Below are positions 1 through 12,240 of a stretch of 64,000 nt of DNA, piece after piece. How positions within the stretch are numbered: position 1 is the first letter of the stretch; each line of letters starts with the position of its first letter. The stretch lies in NCBI RefSeq assembly GCF_030144855.1, contig NC_082715.1, positions 81,344,001-81,408,000 of the forward strand, in the 5' to 3' direction. Below the pieces are notes generated by a model that did not search any database, was not told the DNA's origin, and saw only the letters and a list, made by a program, of their open reading frames with translations. A program made the translations under genes and the position numbers. The DNA is from Hypanus sabinus. Taxonomy: Eukaryota.

Positions 1-820
1 GGGACATCGATAGGATGCAAAACTGGGCTGAGAAGTGGCAGATGGGGTTCAACCCAGATAAGTGTGGTGGTTCTTTTTGGTAGGTCAAATATGATGGCCG
101 AATATAGGTTTAACGGTAAGACTCTTGGCAATGTGGAGGATCAGAGGGATCTTGGGGTCCAAGTCCATAGGGCACTCAAAGCTGCTGCGTAGGTTGACTC
201 TGTGGTTAAGAAGGCATACGGTACATTGGCCTTCATCAACCGTGGGACTGAGTTTCAGAGATGAGAGGTAATGTTACAGCTATATAAGACCCTGGTCAGA
301 CCCCACTTGGAGTACTGTGCTCAGCTCTGGTCACCTCACTACAGGAAGGATGTGGAAACCATAGAAAGGGAGCAGAGGAAATTTACAAGGATATTCCCTG
401 GATTGGGGAGCATGCCTTGTGAGAATAGGTTGAGTGAACTTGGCCTTTTCACCTTGGAGCGAAGGAGATTGAGAGGTGACCTGATAGAGGTGTATAAGAT
501 GACAAGAGGCATTGATCGTGTGGATAGTCAAAGGCTTTTCCCTAAGGCTGAAATGGCTAATACAAGAGAGTACAGTTGTAAGGTGTATGAAAGTAGGTAC
601 AGAGGAGATAGCAGGGTTAAGGTTTTTACGCAATGATGAGTGCATGGAATAGGCTGCGAGCGACAGTGGTGGAGGCGGACACGATAGGGTCTTTTAAGAG
701 ACTCCTGAATGGGTACATGGAGCTTAGGAAAATAGAGGGCTATGGGTAACCCAAGGTAATTTCTAAAGTAAGTACATGTTCCGCACAGCATTGTGAGTTG
801 AAGGGCCTTTAGGTTTTCTA
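1..820 (+). mobile_element. CR1/HER1-like LINE, 3' fragment (RT C-terminus and tail)
   Basis: ORF 271..636 LYKTLVRPHLEYCAQLWSPHYRKD...RRRLRGDLIEVYK is typical CR1 ORF2; near-identical to copy at ~35600-36400; ends in ttttcta tail. Confidence 0.9.
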
Positions 821-1192
821 AAAACTGTGGCGACCCACTTCCTAGCGCACTCAAACCGGCTCACAAATAGCCAGCGCGCCGGCACAAAGGCCAGTCCCAA
901 AAGGGCACCAGGTCTGCTCCACCAACAAAAGGAAAAGCCCACGCAGGACTGTGAATATGTGCCCCCTACAGCATCCGCGCCCAGGGAGGGCGGGATCAGG
1001 GAGGCTTTAAAGTGAGGCGGCAAAGTTTGAATAAAATCTTTTTTAACTGCAGTTTACCGACTCCGTGTCATTATTTCAGCGCTGCATGTAGCACACCGCT
1101 ACAAAACCCCATTTCCAGAAAAGTTGGGATATTTTCCAAAATGTAATAAAAACAAAAATCTGTGATATGTTAATTCACGTGAACCTTTATTT
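821..1192. mobile_element. Tc1/mariner terminal inverted repeat fragment, split by the solo LTR
   Basis: 1104-1192 matches the reverse complement of the Tc1 end at ~49700-49789; preceded by TA at 819-820. Confidence 0.85.
826..1103 (+). mobile_element. Solo LTR (Gypsy-like), 278 bp
   Basis: TGTGGCG...CGCTACA termini (6/7 inverted match), 4-bp TSD AAAC (822-825 / 1104-1107), internal tttaaa and AATAAA. Confidence 0.75.
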
Positions 1193-2039
1193 TGGAAAGC
1201 ATCAAGTCAGGCAGCATCTGTGGAAAGGGCAAGCGCTGATGCTATAGGTCAAAGGCTGTCAGAACTGGAGAAGAGAGAAAACATTTAATTTTAAGTTGCA
1301 GAGAAGGTGAAGGAGATCACAGACATTCCTTTCCTTTTACACCCAATCTCCACATACTCTGCCACTATAATATCCTGTTTAACAATTTTCCAGTTCTACA
1401 AAGGGTCTTCAGCCTAAAATGCTAACTGTTTCTCTTTCCATAGATGCGACCTGATTGCTGAATGCTTCAAGCATTTTTTAGGTTCTTTCAATATATACCG
1501 AACACTTACCACCTCAAAGTAAATCTACAGTACTGCAGAGAATGTGACATGTTGTAATTGAATGAAGTTTACTGAAAAATAAATAAAAAACACAACACCA
1601 AGGAGAAACTCCCTTTTTCATCTACAAACAGTGCCTGGGAACTTAATAGACCAAATCAATTTAGTCACTCATCAGAAAAATGATACTGAGGCAAAAGCAG
1701 AATTCTGTGCTCAGATTTCTGCTGTGGAACATCAGTTTATAAATGTTTGACTCAAGAGGCAGAAGTTTTACCACGAATTGGCCCACATAATAGGGGGAAC
1801 TCAGAATTCCTAATTTTAATTTTTACATGCATCTGGTATCTCACTAGTTCTTTGGTCCTGGGACTGTTTGGCTTTTACTGGCCAATGTTTACATTAGTGC
1901 CTTATAGAAACCAGACAAAAAATGGGATAAACAGAGCAACTTCATTATCGGCCTAGATGACTTCTAGCGAATGGGTGGCATGCAAATGAAGGAAGTTTTA
2001 TGCTTATTAAGTACTCAAAGGAAAATGGGCATCACTTAC

Positions 2040-3616
2040 CCTTGACATTTCATTCTCCAGTTGCTTTTTGCGATGTAGCCTTTGCTGATGAGATTTGAGC
2101 ACATTCTCCACATGCTGCTCCATGAAGAATTTAAATGCCTGTGAGGAGTAAATCTGAATTCGTGACTCTCTGCGCTCCTCATCTTTTTTGTTTTTCCTCA
2201 CTGGAACAGGTGACGTTGTAATCTGTTTCTTTTCCTTCTCCACAGCGTCAAGGCGTTCCCCAAACTCAACGACCTTCTCAGACTCATCCTCTTCTGTGCT
2301 TTGAGAAAATAATGAGGGTGCTTTAGCTACCTGCTCATCTTTGCTGGCTTTAGCTATGGAATCATAAGGTGGTACAGGCTGGTTCTGTTGTAGTAAGTGC
2401 TTGGGATATGGCGGAGGTGGAGGCTGGTAATTTGGAGCCTCGCTCAACGTAGGTGCCTCAGGAACAGGAGGAGCCTGCTGCATCCAGGGAGGGTGAGTGG
2501 GGGCAAGTGCAGTCTGCAGTTCAGGTTTCTGTACACGGATACTTTTCACAGGCTGTAGAATAGGAGCAGGTGTGATGGCAGTAACAGTGGTAGCAGATGT
2601 TTGCGAGTTGGAATGAGGCTGCCGGCTGGATAGAAGGTGATTATTGAATGAATTGGATCTTACAGGTGCATTCAAGTTTTGGGGAGGGTGCCAGTTAGGC
2701 ACTTCTGAAGCGCATGCCACCGACTGGGGTTGTGTTGGAGGAGGCTGTGGCCAAGACGATGCAATCCCACTCACGCTTATGTTGTAAAGGTCCAGGTTCT
2801 GGCTGTTTCTGTTCGGCACCATGACAGACTGTGAAACATTCCCATTCAGGTTGCTGCTGTAGGTGGAAGCTGCGGCTCCTCCTGCTTGCATTTGTAAGGC
2901 ACTGGGGCTTTGCCGACTAGCCTGAGGGTGAGGGTATGGAGGTGGCTGACGGCTCACAGAATTCCCACCCATGACATTCTGATGAGTCACAAAGTGTCCA
3001 CCCATGGATCCATCTGCCTGTGCTGATCCATTCTGATGTGCAGTTCTGCCCGCTGTGTAGTTGTACTTAGTACTGCTGCTATTTTGCATAATAATAGGTT
3101 GTCTGCCAATTGGAATGGGACTTATTCCACGCTGGCCTTGGGGTGGTGGGTTCATCATAGATGCAGCACCGAGGTTGGACGGCGGGAACCCGTCCTGCCA
3201 GGTCCCTTGTGGCACAGGAGATATCCGTGTGATCATGTACTCCATGTTTCCAGAGAAACGCTTTGGTTGCTGGCTCCCCTCCCATGAGGCTGGGGGAGGA
3301 GTGGTGCCACGTGGGGGAGGGGTTTGCCCTCGCGGGGGAGGTGGTGGTGGCGTTACACTTCTCACTGGAAGTTGAGGGGGTGCATTTGCTCTCTGAGAGT
3401 TCACTGCTCCCAAAGACCCCTGTCCATTCCCAGGATGACTCTGTGTGTATGCAGTCATTCCAGAACTTGAAGACAATGGCCGACCCATTTCTAACTGGGA
3501 AATAGGACTTTCTGCACGATATCCCATGCCTTCCATCAACGATGGACCATGTCGCTGTGCAACCAATGATTCTTTAGAACCCTTCCAACTTGGTCTCCGA
3601 TTTATTGTATTGGATC
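2040..3616 (-). CDS. LATS1: LATS1 serine/threonine kinase, large coding exon (Pro/Gln-rich region, PPxY motifs, start of MOB1-binding region)
   Basis: NRRPSWKGSKESL...SVTPPPPPPRGQTPPPRGTTPPP...QPVKSIRVQKPELQTA...QAFKFFMEQHVENVLKSHQQRLHRKKQLENEM; ttaaacag acceptor and gtaagt donor; phase 1 to 0. Confidence 0.97.
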
Positions 3617-5292
3617 CTGTTTAAGAAGATGACAGAAATGCAAAGTAACTCTGGTAATTTGAATACAGCAATTATTAATACTCAATGCAATTGAGAAGAC
3701 AGAAAATATTGGGATTCAACAACTAGGATAAATAGCACTATTTTATGTTGGATAATTGCTCCCTATGTTTACTACTAATTGTCAAGAGGGTATGGAATCT
3801 CAAATCAGAATAGAATACAGGAAAGGAAAAGTGTAGGATCCCATTGCTGTGGTATTAAAGAAGATCTGATTAAGGAGTTTCAGTAGCCAAAGTGAAGGAC
3901 TCATTGTCATAAACTCTGGAATATTTCCTGAGTCACGAGCAAATTAACACAGGGATAAGATGGTGATGAACATGTGGCTGAAGTTGAGTTGTCGTTTCAT
4001 GGAATATTGTCATTAGCACTAGAAGAGGAAGAAGCTGATTTATAAAACAAAAACCAGAAAAGTAAGTGTATTTACTCCAAAATTAGAAATAGATATGTGC
4101 AAATCTGGAAATAGATATGTGCAAAGCTTGTATTGTGAGCATGTGTCTACTTTGAAAAGACCCATTTACCATGAATATTTCATGTGAGCTTAGCCAACAT
4201 CTTCGTATAGGTATCTAACTTCAGCACAGAAATTCCAAATCAAATATTTGAGAGTGAAAGCAGCATTATAGAGTTATTCAGGGAAAGGGGAAGAGAAAGA
4301 GAAATAGCAAAATAAAGCTTTTATCATATATACACACAAAATGCTGGAGAAACACTGCAGGTCAGGCAGCATCTATGGAAAAGAATAAACAGTCGACATT
4401 TCAGGCTGAGACCCTTCATATAATGCATTTCTCATGTCAATTGTTTTACTTATTTGCCTGAATTACATCAACATAGATCACTGTATTCCTTTCTCATTTT
4501 AATTAACAGGCTGAAAATGAATAGATCCCAAGCTAAGGATAAGAAAGAACCTCTATTCATTTGCCTTTGATGTTGTTATATCAATTACAGAAACAGGCCT
4601 TTGGCCACAAGTCCATGGCAACCATCAACTGACCAGTTACATAAATCCCAAATGTTTGTTCTGCCCACATTCTTATCAACTACCATTCATAGATGCCACT
4701 ATTCATCTACACATTAAGGACAATTGTTTAGCAACCTGCAAGTGTTTGGGATGTGGGGGAGACTACAACACACAGAGAAAGCCCACACAGTTACTGGGAC
4801 ATGTGCAAGTTACACACAGACACATTTAAGGGCAGGATTGAACACTGGTCTCTGGCACTGTGAGGTTCATATAGTGAATGAGTAATTCAAGCACAGTAGC
4901 ATCCCAAATATGTTAAATGACTAAAATATGCAAATAGCTACTGTGTAAGCATTTTGTAGCACTGATGCCAAATATACACTGATCAGCTGACAAAACAGTC
5001 AAAGCCACAATAACAAATGTATTTAGCCAAAGGCAACATTCCTACAAGAGTCTGCTAGATTAAAGGCTAAAATTTTATTAAAAAAGAACAAATTTCAGGC
5101 AATATATTAAATATCCCAACAAACAAAAAAGTCAAATTTTAACAAGTCCTCACCAGAGCAACTGTTTAAAATGACGTAGAAATTGGACACATACAAATGG
5201 ATTAAATTGCTGCAACCAAAACCAACAACCAAGCACGTGAACATGAGAGACATGAACAATGTCTTAGCACCCAGTACTTCAGCCACGCATAC

Positions 5293-5437
5293 CTGATGCC
5301 TTCATGCTCGCATTCACTGGTCTTGAAGTAACCATCTGCTCTCTCCTAGAATCCTGGTAACTCATCTTGCTGATGTGTTCAATAGCAGCCTCAATACTGC
5401 GACTGTTGGTCTTCCTGAGAGCTTTTACCACCATGTC
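5293..5437 (-). CDS. LATS1: LATS1 coding exon (UBA domain C-half)
   Basis: DMVVKALRKTNSRSIEAAIEHISKMSYQDSRREQM; 145 nt, ttgtag/gtatgc boundaries, phase 0 to 1; too short for the ORF track. Confidence 0.95.
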
Positions 5438-7281
5438 CTACAAGTAACGAAATGCAGATATTAAAGAACACACTTCATCACACTTTCAAAAAATAATCAA
5501 ATTAAAATATTTCATATAGACTATTTTAATATTCAAAACATATTGAATGGTTGGTTGTATGGATAAAATAAAAGAAATATGAGGTCACAAAAATGATTGA
5601 CATAATTCAGGCTTTCACACATTGCATTATTTCATTTTTCATTAATATACAAATGGGGTTTGCCTTTCCTGTCCCTTTGTAGCATTACATACCTTGGATT
5701 TGTTCAACAATTAAAGGAATACAGTGGGAAAAAGAAATTAATTTTTTTTTATAAAAATGAAAATATGTTGTGGATGGAAAAAGAAAACAAGATAAAAATG
5801 AAGAGCATATTTGGGGGGAAATTCTGAATGGTCATTCAGAATTTGTGAGTGAAATTAGGAAACATTTGTTTCCACAGAAATACTTTGTGAATTCTATAGA
5901 AATATGTAATTCTAATCCGCGTGGATGCTGACATCAAGCTAAATTTTCACTGTACTCCAAGTAAATGAGATTAAGATACAAGTTTACCATGCTCCAACTG
6001 AACATATAAAAAGTTCTGAAGAATTAAATGGCCTTCAAAAGATATTGGATTAGCTCAAAAATCATTAAGGATATTTCTTAAATTGCACTATTAACTCTCC
6101 AGCAGAATCAACACATAGGGAGCTTATATAGGAATTCAACCGTTTGCATCTCAATTCAATAATAAACATGAATTAACAAACTTATGAGCACAGGATACAT
6201 ATCCTCTTAGAGCTAGGAATACTGGTTATCTACCTAAACAGATTCCAAGCGACTAATTTCAAGATGCTTCCACTGGTCAGTAACACAACAAAGCCAGTGC
6301 ATTAAAGAAACAATTTTAATTATGCTCCCCATTAGACTAATAGGGAGCATAATTAGACTAACTTCTATGACCATGTGCCGTGTCATATGACGTAGGCATT
6401 CATGGTACAGAAGTGGTTTGCCAATGCCTTCTTCTGGGTAGTGTATTTATACAACGATAGCCATTATTAATCCTCCTCAGAGATAATGCACCAGAAGTTG
6501 CATAACCAGGGCATGTGATATTTACCAGCTGCTCATATGACCTACTCCCATGGCTTCATATGACCCTGATCATGGGAGGAGGGGAGGAGGTAAGCAGGTG
6601 CACCTTACACCTCCTTTGGGGTAGACATATCTCCACCCTGCCTCCCAATGTAAAATTCATGCCCAAAATAGATATCCAAATCTTGTATTAATAGGATTCA
6701 GCTTTGTGTACAAAATACCACAATCTAACAACATAAGTAGGTACATTTTACATGAAGTGAGCTTGGTCACTACTGCTGAGAAGTTAAATGTTTTATCCCA
6801 TTAAATAGATGAAATAAGTTACCTCCTCCCATTCCTTGTAACATCACAGAATTGAGTATTACAAAATAAACTCTGCTTTATGGCAATTTCATTTACAAGG
6901 CAGAGGTTAAATAATCTTGCAAAGCACTTTCTTGTAACCCACAATTATTTATATCTTGACTTACAGTACCTATCATTCACCTAAGCCTTACAGTTACATT
7001 ATTTTTTTCAGTAAAGGATCAAGACAAGGGTGGACATCAGTCAGTTCTCTCAAACCGGCTTAATTACAGGAAATGAGCATTGCTGGGAATGTCAACATTC
7101 AGTACTCATCCCATTGGAAAATGGTAGTGGGAAATAGATATCTTGATTCTACAGTCCTTGAGTTAAGGTATCAAGGACCTCGATGCATGGACAGTAACAG
7201 CAATGTATTTCCTGCCTAGCCACTAATGTTATTGTCTCAAGTCAAAGAGGGACATAAGAGACTACAGATACTGGAGATGTC

Positions 7282-8430
7282 GACCGTCCCTCTGCCTTCC
7301 CAGACACAACCTGACCGTCCCTCTGCCTTCCCAGACACAACCTGACCGTCCCTCTGCCTTCCCAGACACAACCTGACCGTCCCTCTGCCTTCCCAGACAC
7401 AACCTGACCGTCCCTCTGCCTTCCCAGACACAACCTGACCGTCCCTCTGCCTTCCCAGACACAACCTGACCGTCCCTCTGCCTTCCCAGACACAACCTGA
7501 CCGTCCCTCTGCCTTCCCAGACACAACCTGACCGTCCCTCTGCCTTCCCAGACACAACCTGACCGTCCCTCTGCCTTCCCAGACACAACCTGACCGTCCC
7601 TCTGCCTTCCCAGACACAACCTGACCGTCCCTCTGCCTTCCCAGACACAACCTGACCGTCCCTCTGCCTTCCCAGACACAACCTGACCGTCCCTCTGCCT
7701 TCCCAGACACAACCTGACCGTCCCTCTGCCTTCCCAGACACAACCTGACCGTCCCTCTGCCTTCCCAGACACAACCTGACCGTCCCTCTGCCTTCCCAGA
7801 CACAACCTGACCGTCCCTCTGCCTTCCCAGACACAACCTGACCGTCCCTCTGCCTTCCCAGACACAACCTGACCGTCCCTCTGCCTTCCCAGACACAACC
7901 TAACCGTCCCTCTGCCTTCGCAGACACCTGACCGTCCCTCTGCCTTCCCAGACACAACCTGACCATCCCTCTGCCTTCCCAGACACAACCTGACCATCCC
8001 TCTGCCTTCCCAGACACAACCTGACCATCCCTCTGCCTTCCCAGACACAACCTGACCATCCCTCTGCCTTCCCAGACACAACCTGACCATCCCTCTGCCT
8101 TCCCAGACACAACCTGACCATCCCTCTGCCTTCCCAGACACAACCTGACCATCCCTCTGCCTTCCCAGACACAACCTGACCATCCCTCTGCCTTCCCAGA
8201 CACAACCTGACCATCCCTCTGCCTTCCCAGACACAACCTGACCATCCCTCTGCCTTCCCAGACACAACCTGACCGTCCCTCTGCCTTCCCAGACACAACC
8301 TGACCGTCCCTCTGCCTTCCCAGACACAACCTGACCGTCCCTCTGCCTTCCCAGACACAACCTGACCGTCCCTCTGCCTTCCCAGACACAACCTGACCGT
8401 CCCTCTGCCTTCCCAGACACAACCTGACCA
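7282..8430. repeat. Minisatellite, 37 copies of 31-bp unit GACC(G/A)TCCCTCTGCCTTCCCAGACACAACCT
   Basis: Direct count: 20 G-type, one 28-bp variant, 1 G-type, 10 A-type, 5 G-type units; no spacers. Confidence 0.98.
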
Positions 8431-8889
8431 ATGAGTTGCTCCAGCTGTTTGCTTCTGCTTCACTTTGCAGGTCAGCCAGAACTGAATACTCACAGTCACA
8501 TCATTTTCCATCTAGCCAGACCCCATCCCCAATGTTTGAAAACATATTTAAGCACTCAATACATAAGTGGGCCCATCAATGACATTGCTTTATGCCAGAA
8601 GTTGCAATAACAAAATCATAATTGAACCTAAATCCTTACCAAGCTTAAACTAGATAAAATAACCTACTCAATTTTATGCATACCAATTGAACAAGCTGCC
8701 AAATACAACAAAGACTAAACGATTATTGTAGATCCTGGTTAAACATGCATTCAGGATGTTCCTTTGGAACAAACAGATTGTACACTGATGTACTCCGGCC
8801 ATCATTGAACAATGCCTTCATAGTGCCACAGGAAAATAACCATACACCACTTTAGAATTCACCCTGTAACTTCAGAGGGTAAAGCTCAA

Positions 8890-9690
8890 GTCAAGTGTAT
8901 CAGTATCATAGTGGAGTAAAGAGAACTGCAGAGGCATGAGAGAGGAGCTGGCCAAAGTTGATTGGAGGGGACACTAGTAGGGATGACAGTAGAACAGCAA
9001 TGGCTGGAGTTTTTGGGAGCAATTCAGAAGGTGTAGGATAGATACATCCCAAAGAAGAAATATCCTAAAGAAAGGATGACTGACAAGGGACGCCAAAGCC
9101 AACATAAAAGCAAAAGCGAGGGCACAAAATAGAGCAAACATTAGTGGGGAGTTAGAGGATTGGGAAACTTTTAAAAACCAAAGACAACTAAATGAAATCA
9201 ATGAAGAGTGAAAGATGAAATATGAAGGTAACTGAGCCAATAATATCAAATAGGATACCAAAAGCTTTTTCAGATATATAAAAAGAGAGGTGAGGGCACA
9301 TGGTAAAATAGGTCAAAGTCAGCATGGTTTCCCAAAGGGAAAATATTGCCTTATAAATCAGTTGGAATTCTTTGAGGAAATATCAAGCAGAATAGACAAA
9401 AGAATCAGTGGATTTTCAGCAGGTGGTTGACAATGTGCCCTACGTAAGGCTGCTTAGTAAGATAAAAGCCTATGGTATTACAAGAAAGATAGTACCAAGG
9501 ATAGAGGATTGCCAAGAGGCAGAGAATGGGAATAAAGGGGGCCGTTTCTGATTGTCTGCTGGTAATTAGACCTTTGCAGAGGTCAGTACAGGGACTGTTA
9601 CTTTTTACGTCACATGTCAATGATTGGATGATGGAATTGATGGCTTTGTGATCCATTTTGCAGATGATATGAAGATAGGTGGAGGGGCAG
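8890..9690 (+). mobile_element. Degenerate CR1-like LINE fragment
   Basis: agtcagcatggtttcc...gaattctttgagga...tttgcagatgatatgaagataggtgg (QHGF / EFFE / FADD motifs), with deletions. Confidence 0.75.
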
Positions 9691-10553
9691 CACTTTGAAT
9701 CATAACAAATTTTTGTTACGTTTACGGAGTGTTTCCAAACACGCACTCATTGATACTTCCTGGTGTAAGTAACTATTTCACCAATAGGAGACAACAGCCT
9801 TTCATAGATTTCTGGATGCAAAACAAATTAATTTAAGTATTATTGCACATCCTCATAAAAGCAAAAGAATTGCAAAGTCTACATGTATTTTACTTTCCCA
9901 AGATTCAGATTTCACTAAACTACTCCTTAAATCACCAATGGAAACAAGACACATCACTGCAAGTCAACAGCATGGAAAGAAGGCATTTGGCCATTTGAGT
10001 CAGTACCATCTGATTGTCCAGTGGTGGCACTCCTTCAAAATTGCTTAATGTCATTTCCAGTACTTCATATGTAAAGGAGAACGAAATAATTGTCCTTTGC
10101 TCTCTCCCCACAGCACTGCCACTTTTCACTCAGATAATTATCAGCTCCCTCTTTAATACTACAATTCCATATCCCTGAACATCGAGGGAGTAAAATAGTT
10201 CTGTCCACCTGTCACATGGTTCTTATGCCAGTCACTTATGTCCTGGTTTTTGATCTTCTTTCAGCAAAAGCAACATCTGCCTACACCCTTCATGATTCTA
10301 AACATCTCCACTTGTCTCTTTGAAACCTACTCAGCTCTAAGAACAGCCACAGCTTCTCCAGTCGAAACACAGGTCTTCATACCTGTCTCCTCTGCATATT
10401 CTCCAAATTCTTTCTAAAGTGTAGACCCAGAACTGGACTCAATGTTCAAAAAGGTTAACTCAGAAAAATTTTCACTATGACAAGAAGGGCTAAAGTTATT
10501 TCAGATCACAGCACTGTTTTCTCTGTTTGATGTTCCTTCAAATTCCTCTAGAC

Positions 10554-10632
10554 CAGGGTTCCCAACCTTATTTATGCCATGGACCCCTACCATTAATGGA
10601 GGGGCTTGTGGACTCTAGGTTGGAAGCCCCAG
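10554..10632. mobile_element. hAT (Charlie-like) MITE, 79 bp
   Basis: cagggttcccaacc...ggttggaagccccag imperfect TIRs; 8-bp TSD ctctagac/ttgtagac resembling the NTCTAGAN target. Confidence 0.65.
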
Positions 10633-11412
10633 TTGTAGACCATTAACATATGTCCAATTGATAGGAAAGGGATTCTAAAACAAACTTTCTTTAAATTTGA
10701 TGCCAATATGAACAAATGTGCCTGCCGCTAAATTGCTTCCAGTTATTTGCAGGAATATCATTGCAGGTTACTATTGTTCACCCAATGCTTCAGATTACCA
10801 ACATCTTGTACTCTGCATTTGCCAATCATTAATATTAAGTAGCATTTGAATTCAATTTTTGAATTTCTCTGCAGCTTAACTTACTGCAAAACACTATTTA
10901 ATGAAAGGCAAAGGGACATCAGGAACTTAGTGATGAGTAAGAGCCTGCATCTTTGACAGAAGAAAGTAAATAAAGTCAAATCAAGTAAAGAAAGAAGAAA
11001 ACGGAAGACTGGATTTAGTGATAGTTAGTAAGGAGAAAAGAAAACAAAATGTCTACACTACATTAGCAAAATGTAGACATTTTAAATGTCTACACTAAAT
11101 ATAGAAATGGGACTGAACTGTTTAAAACTAATCCAGAGAAATTAATTGCAAATCCAGCCATTCCTTTACAACAGCGCTGCTATGTCAAGATGATAACTTA
11201 AAAACAACTGGTGAAAACACAGAAAATTAACAAGATTCACAACTGATGGCATACAACTTAATTGCAATTTAATGGAGGCTTTGCATATTAATAATGCATA
11301 CATTATTACCATGCTGTTATTTTCCCTCAATTTGGCCTATTAAATTTATCATCTATAATTACAATACAGTTTGCAAAGGTTGAACAATATATTCCATTTA
11401 AGTGCCTCTCAC

Positions 11413-11769
11413 CTCATCAAAACCCGCAGATACTAGGTCCTGTAACATCTGCTTGTTTACATCAACAGATCCACGACCTGATGAGCTGTACTCATTTGAA
11501 AATGGCAGCAAAGAATTTCGAATCTCCTGTAAGGCTTTTTGGTGAGTCACAAATTTGAGAGCATTCCGTCCCTGTTGTCTTGAATCTTCTGTGCTCAATT
11601 TCATCATACTTTGATCAGTGCTTCCAGCATCTCCTGATGGTTTAGGCAAATGTTTGAGACTTTCCCGGATTTCCTGCAACATCTGCCGGCTACTCCCAGA
11701 AAAGTTGCTGGCAGGGAATGTTTTTGGTCTCATTTGTCTATGTCCATCAAGCTTATCCACCCTCTTCAT
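11413..11769 (-). CDS. LATS1: LATS1 first coding exon (exon acceptor at 11909 or 11915)
   Basis: MKRVDKLDGHRQMRPKTFPASNFSGSSRQMLQEIRESL...QMLQDLVSAGFDE then gtgaga donor; 357 nt, phase 0. Confidence 0.96.
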
Positions 11770-12024
11770 GAAAGCGTCAAATAAAACTAACCAGCCTTAG
11801 CTCATTTACATAAGCTGAAATTTCAGCAGATCAGAGGGCTGTTAGATTTCAGAGGACGTTAGTTCCAGGTAGCGTTCTGCTCATCTGTGTTTTGACAAAG
11901 TTCAGTCATCTGGAACTAAACAAAACACATGCATTAACTAATGAGAACAAACCTCAATACAAGATTCACCACATCATACACATTTGAGTTATAGTCAAGA
12001 ATGGGAAATTTGGAAGTTCAAAGC

Positions 12025-12240
12025 TTATAGAAACATAGAAAACCTACAGCACAATACAGGCCCTTCGGCCCACAAAGCTGTGCCGAAGATGTCCTTGCCG
12101 TAGAAATTACTTGGGGTTACCCATAACCCTTTATTTTTCTGAGCTACATGTACCTGTCCAGGAGTCTTTTAAAAGACCCTTTCGTATCTGCCTCTACCAC
12201 AGTCGCCGGCAGCCTATTCCACGCACTCACCACTCTCTGC
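12025..12240 (-). mobile_element. CR1-like LINE 3' end
   Basis: (atagaaac)n tail; reverse complement of the 640-820 and ~36200-36410 sequences. Confidence 0.85.

Noticed and set aside
3036-3505. Antisense and alternative-frame ORFs over the large LATS1 exon
   Set aside because: Shadows of Pro/Gln-rich coding sequence
4087-4126. 22-bp-period tandem duplication gaaatagatatgtgcaaa
   Set aside because: Ordinary slippage duplication with no further signal
7237-8511. Long ORFs of 203-392 aa, or a CRISPR-like array
   Set aside because: Produced by a 31-bp tandem unit lacking stops on one strand; units are contiguous with no spacers, there are no cas genes, and the context is a eukaryotic intron
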